A program made the position numbers and the translations under genes. From assembly GCA_000025185.1 (NCBI GenBank), contig CP001848.1, positions 4,050,001-4,082,000 of the forward strand: a DNA stretch of 32,000 nucleotides, given 5' to 3'. The notes below the pieces were generated by a model. It searched no databases and was not told the origin of the DNA. It saw nothing but the letters and a program-made list of their open reading frames with translations. The DNA is from Pirellula staleyi DSM 6068. Lineage in GTDB: Bacteria > Planctomycetota > Planctomycetia > Pirellulales > Pirellulaceae. This document shows positions 1 through 6,412 of this stretch, piece after piece. Position 1 is the first letter of the stretch. Every line of letters begins with the position of its first letter.

Positions 1-498
1 ATTTGGTACGAGAAGTGGGATGTCGCCGGACGGATCGGTCCTGACGCTACGAACGAAGAGATCCTGGCCGCTTATGCCCCAGAGATCGAGCGGCTGAAGG
101 TGGCCGGAAATTTTGTGACAGCCGACGTCATCAACGTCAATCCTGGTACGCCCGGGCTCGATGGGATGCTCGCCAAATTCTGCAAAGAACATACCCACAG
201 CGAAGACGAAGTTCGCTTCACGGTGAAGGGGAGTGGTGTGTTTCACATTCATCCCGAAGGTGGGCCGGTTTTTGCCGTCCAAGTCGAAGCGGGGGATTTG
301 ATTAACGTTCCGATGGGGACCAAGCATTGGTTCGATCTCTGCAGCGACAAAACGATTCGCTGCATTCGCCTGTTCCAGGACATGTCGGGCTGGGCGCCGC
401 ACTACGTTGAATCGGGTGTGCACGAGCGCTATCAGCCGCTCTGCATGGGACCTGCCTATTTGCCAGCCGCCGGTATCGATTCGGTCGTCAAGCTGTAG
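1..498 (+). CDS. mtnD: Acireductone dioxygenase (ARD, methionine salvage); 5' end lies outside the window
   Basis: Frame 1 is open from nt 1 ([11 protein letters not shown]...), so the tracked ORF 100..498 is only the C-terminal part. It has a cupin core with metal-ligand motifs '[11 protein letters not shown]' and 'GTKHWFD', as in the ARD/MtnD family. mtnC follows immediately. Confidence 0.85.
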   Translation: MWYEKWDVAGRIGPDATNEEILAAYAPEIERLKVAGNFVTADVINVNPGTPGLDGMLAKFCKEHTHSEDEVRFTVKGSGVFHIHPEGGPVFAVQVEAGDLINVPMGTKHWFDLCSDKTIRCIRLFQDMSGWAPHYVESGVHERYQPLCMGPAYLPAAGIDSVVKL

Positions 499-549
499 TC
501 TCCTTAGACTCTCATAGTCCTGTGATCGAAGTGGGAAAGTCGGCCGAAT

Positions 550-1242
550 ATGGCGTCTAGTGTCCGTGGAATTTTGCTCGATATCGAAGGGACCACCTCT
601 TCGATTTCGTTCGTCGTGGATGTGATGTTTCCACTGGCACGCCGCGACGTGCGAGCACTGCTCGACCAGCATTTCACGCGCGAAGATGTCGCAAAAGCAG
701 TGCAGCTGATGGAGTCAGATGCCGGGCGAAAGTTGCCAACTCCCGAAGAAGTGGCTGCTGAGGCCTATCGGCTGATGGATGGCGACGTGAAGTCGACCGG
801 TCTCAAGCAACTGCAAGGTATTGTGTGGGACGATGCCTTCGTCCGAGGTCAGTTGGTGGCCCATTTGTACGACGATGTTGCCCCAGCACTTCGCCGCTGG
901 AATCAGTCTGGACTGGATTGCCGCATCTATTCGTCGGGAAGCATTCAGGCTCAGAAAAAGTTCTTCGGCTACAGTGTCGCGGGAGATCTGTTGTCGCTCT
1001 TGCGGGGGCATTACGACACAACAACTGGCGGCAAGAAGGAAGCCGCGAGCTACACAAAAATTGCCTCCGCTATGAGCTTGCCCCCGGGCGAAATTTTGTT
1101 CGTCAGCGACGTGGTGGCAGAACTTGATGCCGCACGTGCCGCCGGAATGCAAACGCGGCTGAGCCTTCGCCCCGGCAACCCGTCACAGCCCCCCAATGAT
1201 CACACCCCGATCAGCTCTTTCGAACAAATCCTGGTCGCATAA
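550..1242 (+). CDS. mtnC: Enolase-phosphatase E1 (2,3-diketo-5-methylthio-1-phosphopentane phosphatase), HAD superfamily
   Basis: N-terminal HAD motif I in the E1-specific form 'ILLDIEGTTSSISFV'. 'IYSSGS' and 'FVSDV..ELDAAR.AG' match HAD motifs II-IV. It sits next to mtnD. Confidence 0.85.
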   Translation: MASSVRGILLDIEGTTSSISFVVDVMFPLARRDVRALLDQHFTREDVAKAVQLMESDAGRKLPTPEEVAAEAYRLMDGDVKSTGLKQLQGIVWDDAFVRGQLVAHLYDDVAPALRRWNQSGLDCRIYSSGSIQAQKKFFGYSVAGDLLSLLRGHYDTTTGGKKEAASYTKIASAMSLPPGEILFVSDVVAELDAARAAGMQTRLSLRPGNPSQPPNDHTPISSFEQILVA

Positions 1243-1443
1243 ATCGCGGGATCCCTTGGTCCGTAAATTTCTTTCGAACTCACGTCAATCTGGTCGCGTA
1301 GCAAGCAAGTGAATCGTTGGGATTCTAGCTTGGTAGTTGGCAACGACGGTAATGCTAGAACTTCCTTGCTAGCGGCCGGTTTTCACGAAAATCTTCGGAA
1401 AACTTGACGACGGCGAGGATGCCTCTACGATTCGCTTGGCTGA

Positions 1444-1728
1444 TCACATCGCTGTGCTCAGTGGAACTTGGTGGAACCAAAAATCGCCTGCCTGACGCAA
1501 GTTGCGAGAGATTTCGCACAAGCCGTTTTGGTGTCGCGAATTGAAGAGTTTGGCCAGCAGGTGGGCCGCAAAGTGGCTCCCAGTTGTCCCGGCTCCTTTC
1601 TTTGAGCGCTTCAGGAAGAAGCGACCGTCGAGCTGCGATTGTTCTTCGCGCTCGTGTGACGAGCCCACGATGGGAAAGTCTGTCGCCATCGATCGGTTAG
1701 CTCGCGATCTTTTCGCCCGCATGATCAT
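1444..1728 (-). CDS. Hypothetical small basic protein (94 aa); weak call
   Basis: ATG at 1728 is preceded on the minus strand by a strong SD (caAGGAGtcgccATG). Codon choice (CTG, GCC, CGC, no AGG) looks more gene-like than the overlapping + ORF 1502..1741, which uses AGG and TGT. I recognise no family. Confidence 0.3.
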   Translation of the reverse strand: MIMRAKRSRANRSMATDFPIVGSSHEREEQSQLDGRFFLKRSKKGAGTTGSHFAAHLLAKLFNSRHQNGLCEISRNLRQAGDFWFHQVPLSTAM

Positions 1729-1761
1729 GGCGACTCCTTGAACTTTCCAGGAGTTCGTTCG

Positions 1762-3081
1762 ATGTCTCGTGTGACTGCCCCAGCGATGATTTCCCCCGCG
1801 CTATCGTCTCGTGATATTGGTCTTGTTTCCGAAGTGAAAGAAGTTGCCTCGGGTGCCGGCTCCGACAGCAAGCTCAAGCGTCAGCGATCGCTGGCAATTT
1901 GGCTGCAGCGTGTGTCGATGGTTTCGCTGCGAAAGTTGCTTCGCAGTGGCGCGTCGTCGCTCCTGGGAACGCCACTGCTGCCTGCGCTTGCCGCCGTGAT
2001 TTGTTCACTCGGATGCGCGTCGCTCGCAACCGCCAGCGAGCCGCGTGTGCAGTTCGATCTCCCCTATCAAATTGTTTGCGTCGACGTCACGAGCCCCGAG
2101 TTTGCCGAGCGCAATCCGGGGCAGCGTTTGATTGAAGCACGGCTCCCGTTTTCGATGCTCCTGACGAGCGGACGGGCCAAGGATGTTTCGCAAGTCACCC
2201 TGCGTGCCAGCAGTCCCCACGCCACAATGCTCGTCGCCGACTACCTCCCCAAAACCTTGCACGAAGAGCAGACGATCGGAGGGGTTGAGGTCCACAAGGA
2301 TCACGAGCTCACCACGTCGCTTGGTGTGAATCTCAGTGGCAAATACACCGGAGCTGGCGTCGGTGCTGAGACCGGCATTGGCGAGAAACGGACCAGCGGT
2401 ACGAAATACCAATTGCTTCCGCCGCGCGAAACGGTGGTCGCTGCTGGCAAAGTCGGTCGTGGTGCCGGGGTGTACTTCAAGCTGGTCGCGTCCGATCGCA
2501 ATCCCTGGGAAGGGGAACGCGAAATCGTGCTCATCCTGCAAGTTCCCGCCGCATGGCGAGCGGATTATTTACACGTTCGCTGCGAGGCAACCGGTGTGCG
2601 GCACGGACTCGTGAAATCGATGGACGAGACGATTCGCGTTGCTCAGCGCGACTTTTTGGTGGCACTCTGTCACGTAGGCGACGAACAGGCGCGACTCGCG
2701 GCCGACGAACTGGCTCGCAGCGAATCGCAGCTCCGCCGGGCGGTGATGGCGGCCGGAAATCCCGAGCGGGACTCGATTTCGCTCCTCGGAGGCGCCATTT
2801 CGATTCCCACCGGTGGTTCTCAGCCGGTTGCTCCTCAGGCCTGGCTCGGGGAATTCCTGTTTGCCAGCGTCGGGCGGGGCAAAATCCCGAATTCGCTCCC
2901 TGGCGAGGTCAAAGCGGCTGCTGTCAGGTTTCAGGACGCTCGCACCGCAATTTGGCAACTTACAGGCTGGGGAAACTCATCGGCGACACGTGTCGAGGTT
3001 TTGCGACCGGTTTCGACCACCCCCGCATCGAACGCCAGTAGCGCAACCACCGGCTGGACCAGCCAATCGGCCACTCCTTAG
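1762..3081 (+). CDS. Hypothetical exported or membrane-anchored protein, no recognisable domain
   Basis: Long ORF opening at TTG 1738. ATG 1762 has an AGGAG 7 nt upstream. An internal ATG at 1918 would begin a classical signal peptide (MVSLRKLLRSGASSLLGTPLLPALAAVICSLGCASLATA|SEP, possible lipobox SLGC). The start is therefore ambiguous (1762 or 1918); the stop is firm. The C-terminal tail is Ser/Thr/Ala-rich. Confidence 0.6.
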   Translation: MSRVTAPAMISPALSSRDIGLVSEVKEVASGAGSDSKLKRQRSLAIWLQRVSMVSLRKLLRSGASSLLGTPLLPALAAVICSLGCASLATASEPRVQFDLPYQIVCVDVTSPEFAERNPGQRLIEARLPFSMLLTSGRAKDVSQVTLRASSPHATMLVADYLPKTLHEEQTIGGVEVHKDHELTTSLGVNLSGKYTGAGVGAETGIGEKRTSGTKYQLLPPRETVVAAGKVGRGAGVYFKLVASDRNPWEGEREIVLILQVPAAWRADYLHVRCEATGVRHGLVKSMDETIRVAQRDFLVALCHVGDEQARLAADELARSESQLRRAVMAAGNPERDSISLLGGAISIPTGGSQPVAPQAWLGEFLFASVGRGKIPNSLPGEVKAAAVRFQDARTAIWQLTGWGNSSATRVEVLRPVSTTPASNASSATTGWTSQSATP

Positions 3082-3244
3082 GGGCCGGTTATCACCCCAC
3101 ACTTAAAAGTTTTGCGGAAATTGTGTGTGCCATAAAGGCCATCAAACCCGCGAAAATCGTGCTTTAATTGCTGTCGCTGCAAGCTGTTAGCGAGCTTCAT
3201 CCCCCGGGAACTCCGGAAGGGGACATGTCGAGCACTGGCAAGCA

Positions 3245-3253
3245 CTCTATAAT
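3245..3253 (+). promoter_or_regulatory. Candidate -10-like element CTCTATAAT, 273 nt upstream of nuoH
   Basis: Perfect TATAAT at 3248..3253 in a 440-nt non-coding region. There is no convincing -35 at 16-18 nt. The same 9-mer recurs upstream of trxB and, with one change, upstream of argC. Confidence 0.2.
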
Positions 3254-3525
3254 CGTCGCGTTCGCGGCAGTCAGAGTCTGGCAGAATCGTGAAAATGACG
3301 CTCCCATCGACCGGATGGAAGTCGGGGCGGCAGAAAATCTTCGGGCAAAAATCCCTGGTCGGGGGCTTGCCCGCCCGTCGCACCTTGTGCCATATTTCAC
3401 GATCTTTCCAGGCCAGCGAGGAGCCAGCTCACGATGAGAGGGCCTTCGCACTGCGTTTGCCGCGGAATTTCTCACCTTTTCGGTGAGTTAGTGATGCGGT
3501 TTGGCCCCGGCGAGGCGTAAAAGCA

Positions 3526-4893
3526 GTGGCAGAGTTCATCAACGTTGAGTTCCTCTCACGAGTCTTCGCACCACTCGGATGGTCGTTTGCGCCTGGCTCC
3601 ATCTGGGGTTACGTGCTGGCGGCTGCCATCCACATCGGCCTACTGATTCAAGTAGTCGCCGTCGGTGCCCTCGTCTTCATCTGGATGGAACGTAAGATCG
3701 CCGGTCGTATCCAAGACCGCCTCGGTCCTACTCGCGTCGGTGGTAAGTTCGGCTGGCTGCAGACTTTAGCCGACGGTCTGAAGCTGATTGCCAAGGAAGA
3801 CGTGACCCCCAAGGACGCCGATCGGCTCCTCTTCAAACTGGCTCCCTACGTCAGCTTCGCGGCCAGTTTCACCGCCTACATGGCTCTCCCATTCTCGAGC
3901 GGCTGGGTCGCTCAAGATGTAAACATTGGCGTGTTCTTTATCGTGGCTGTCCTTGGACTTGAAGTGTTTGGCGTGATTCTCGCCGGATACGCTTCGGGGT
4001 CAAAATGGTCCCTCTTCGGTGGCATGCGTGAAGCAGCCCAAGTGGTGAGCTACGAAGTTCCAATCGGCATGTGCATCGTGATCCCCGTGGTGATCCTCGG
4101 AACGATGAACCTGGTAACGATTGGCGATATGCAAGCTGGCTGGTTCACGAACTGGCTCATCTTCAACGATCCCTTTACCTTCGCAGTCTTTTTTGTCTAC
4201 TTCACCTGTGCTACGGCCAGCGTGAATCGTGCCCCGTTTGACTTGGCGGAAGCTGAAAGCGAACTTGTGGCCGGTTTCCATACGGAATACTCCGGTCTTC
4301 GCTGGAGCTTCTTCTTCATGGCCGAATACGGCTCGATGTTCCTCGTCAGCGGCCTCGCTGCGATTCTGTTCTTCGGCGGTTGGAACGGCCCGATTCCCCT
4401 GTTTGGCCCCGAGATGCTCGGCTGGGCCTACACCCCCGAGTCGACCAGTTGGTCGATCCTCGGCTACATCGCGACCCTCGCAGGTTGCGTCAACTTCATT
4501 GGCAAAACCGTGCTGTTTGTCACCGTCATGATGTGGGTTCGCTGGACACTGCCACGCCTCCGCATCGACCAAGTGATGACCGTCTGTCTTAAATACTGCG
4601 TTCCACTGGCTGCTTTCTGCTTCATCGGAGCTGTGGCTTGGCGTTTGCTGGAACTGCCGACCCCATCAGACATTGCGTTTCTGAAGCATCATCCCCAAGG
4701 GCGTGCCGCCATCCGCGAAGGTTGGATCATGGAGCAAGCCCGAATTGATGCAACGAAAGCAGCCGCTGCTAAGCCCGAAGAACCTGCCGAGAAACCTGCG
4801 GAAGCTCCTGCCGCTGAAGCTGAAAAAGCTGCTGCCGCCACCGAGCCTGCTGCTCGCGAAGCTGCTGTGCTGGTGAAGGAGGTGGCCCGATGA
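3526..4893 (+). CDS. nuoH: NADH-quinone oxidoreductase subunit H (complex I membrane arm) with a ~77-aa C-terminal Ala/Glu/Pro/Lys-rich tail
   Basis: GTG start. Motifs 'MERKIAGRIQDRLGPTRVG', 'GWLQTLADGLKLI', 'APFDLAEAESELVAGFHTEYSG' and 'LPRLRIDQVM' are diagnostic for NuoH/ND1. The stop overlaps the nuoJ start (ATGA at 4890-4893). Confidence 0.93.
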   Translation: MAEFINVEFLSRVFAPLGWSFAPGSIWGYVLAAAIHIGLLIQVVAVGALVFIWMERKIAGRIQDRLGPTRVGGKFGWLQTLADGLKLIAKEDVTPKDADRLLFKLAPYVSFAASFTAYMALPFSSGWVAQDVNIGVFFIVAVLGLEVFGVILAGYASGSKWSLFGGMREAAQVVSYEVPIGMCIVIPVVILGTMNLVTIGDMQAGWFTNWLIFNDPFTFAVFFVYFTCATASVNRAPFDLAEAESELVAGFHTEYSGLRWSFFFMAEYGSMFLVSGLAAILFFGGWNGPIPLFGPEMLGWAYTPESTSWSILGYIATLAGCVNFIGKTVLFVTVMMWVRWTLPRLRIDQVMTVCLKYCVPLAAFCFIGAVAWRLLELPTPSDIAFLKHHPQGRAAIREGWIMEQARIDATKAAAAKPEEPAEKPAEAPAAEAEKAAAATEPAAREAAVLVKEVAR

Positions 4894-6002
4894 ACCTCGC
4901 CGCTCAATCGATCTCCTCCATGATTCCGCTCGACTCGCTTCTGCTCGCCTCGGTCAACTGGCACAGCACACTGTTTGTTCTGTTCGCGCTCCTGGCGTGT
5001 GGCTTCGCCATCGCTGTGGCAGCCAGCAGCAACATTGTGCGGATGGCTTTTTACCTCACACTTTCGCTCGGCGCTACCTCGGGGCTCTTCTTCCTCGCTG
5101 GAGCAGAATTCGTCGGCGCGATGCAGCTGATGATCTACGTCGGCGGAACCCTCGTTCTGCTGATCTTCGGCGTCATGCTCACCGCACAAGCTCGCTTCGT
5201 CTCGATGCAAACATCGGCTGGCGAATGGGTTCTGGCAGCAGTACTCGGCAGCTCACTCTTGCTGCTCCTGTTCCGCTCAGCCCTGGGCGTCCCATCTTGG
5301 ACCACTCCCCGCCCCGATCCTGAGAACGTCGTCCTGGCCGATGCCCACACCAGTACCGAAATCGGCACTGCCCTCGCTGGTGTTCGCGTCGACAAGCTCG
5401 AGCAAGCTAACGAAGCTTTGATACCCGGCATGGCTGGCTACCTGATGCCCTTCGTAGTCATCTCGATGCACCTGCTCGTCGTTTTGATCGGTGCCGGTTA
5501 CATGGCCCGTACGAAGCGTGCTCGCTCGAAGTCTTCCTATCTTTACTCGCCTGCCCATCCGCAAGCTTCCTTGCGGAAGTGGAGTTTCCCGATTCTCGGG
5601 GGACTCGCTTCGGCTGGACTCGTAAATGCAGCCCTCGCAGTCGTTGCCTTTTCGCTCGCTTCGGGATCAGTTTCAGCCTCCGCTGACGACCCCTCAGCGC
5701 CAGCCAAGGCGATTGCTGCCGTTAACGGAATTTTTGCTTCGTCTCCCGCTTGGCTGTTGCCAATTCTCGGACTTCTGTTCGCCCTCAACGTACTCCTCGC
5801 CATTGTCACTTATTTGTGGCAAAAGTGGGGCGCTGTGGGACTAGTAGTGGTTCCCGTACTGATTGGCGTCCTGCTCGTAAGTGGTGGTGTGGTGAGCTGG
5901 GTTGCTGCGGCTATTGCCGTCGCACTGCTGGCTCCCGCCGCAATGCTGGTGGCACTCCTCTGTGCGACTGGCAAACCAACCGCTTGGGAATTGATGGAAT
6001 AA
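4890..6002 (+). CDS. nuoJ: NADH-quinone oxidoreductase subunit J with a ~160-aa C-terminal membrane extension
   Basis: The first ~210 aa align by eye with NuoJ/ND6: 'NIVRMAFYLTLSLGATSGLFFLAGAEFVGAMQLMIYVGGTLVLLIFGVML' and 'YLMPFVVISMHLLVVLIGAGYMAR'. The remainder is four hydrophobic segments with no NuoJ counterpart. Confidence 0.85.
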   Translation: MNLAAQSISSMIPLDSLLLASVNWHSTLFVLFALLACGFAIAVAASSNIVRMAFYLTLSLGATSGLFFLAGAEFVGAMQLMIYVGGTLVLLIFGVMLTAQARFVSMQTSAGEWVLAAVLGSSLLLLLFRSALGVPSWTTPRPDPENVVLADAHTSTEIGTALAGVRVDKLEQANEALIPGMAGYLMPFVVISMHLLVVLIGAGYMARTKRARSKSSYLYSPAHPQASLRKWSFPILGGLASAGLVNAALAVVAFSLASGSVSASADDPSAPAKAIAAVNGIFASSPAWLLPILGLLFALNVLLAIVTYLWQKWGAVGLVVVPVLIGVLLVSGGVVSWVAAAIAVALLAPAAMLVALLCATGKPTAWELME

Positions 6003-6076
6003 GGTGTAGACCAAACCTGCATGCGGAAGTGAATCGCACGATTCTCCTCCGCCAGGCTTTTGAGTAACGACGAATC

Positions 6077-6412
6077 ATGAATCCATTCACGCAACCACTC
6101 ACTGTGTCGCACTACTTGCTAGTCGGCGCGGTGCTATTTGTCACGGGCGTGATCTGCATGGCCACCAAGCGCAACGCGCTCGGGGTGCTGATGGGGATCG
6201 AGCTTGTGCTCAACGGCGCGAACATTAACTTCGTCGCCTTTGGTAGTCGATTTTTTCGCAGCGAATCGCTCGGCCTCGATGGCGAGCTGATGGCATTGTT
6301 TGTCATCGTTTTGGCTGCAGCTGAGGCCGCCGTCGCACTTGCGATTGCCCTCAACTTCTACAACAACCATTCCACGATCGACGTGGATCAAGCCGACGAG
6401 TTGAAGGGCTGA
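6077..6412 (+). CDS. nuoK: NADH-quinone oxidoreductase subunit K
   Basis: 111 aa, three TM segments. 'LMGIELVLNGANINFVAF' and 'VIVLAAAEAAVALAIAL' with the C-terminal '...DELKG' match NuoK/ND4L. The stop overlaps the nuoL start by 1 nt (TGATG). Confidence 0.9.
   Translation: MNPFTQPLTVSHYLLVGAVLFVTGVICMATKRNALGVLMGIELVLNGANINFVAFGSRFFRSESLGLDGELMALFVIVLAAAEAAVALAIALNFYNNHSTIDVDQADELKG

Noticed and set aside
3078-3486. Small ORFs in the nuoH upstream region (3078..3383 -, 3168..3437 +, 3197..3475 -, 3289..3486 +).
   Set aside because: They overlap one another and have no SD or family signature. The 101-aa minus ORF has tolerable codon usage, but I cannot support it. The region is treated as non-coding leader.
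5520-6002. The idea that the NuoJ C-terminal extension is a fused NuoI or NuoA.
   Set aside because: It has no CxxCxxCxxxCP iron-sulfur motifs (NuoI) and no NuoA-like 'FDVE' motif. It is composed almost entirely of hydrophobic helices. It is kept as an unexplained extension in the findings.
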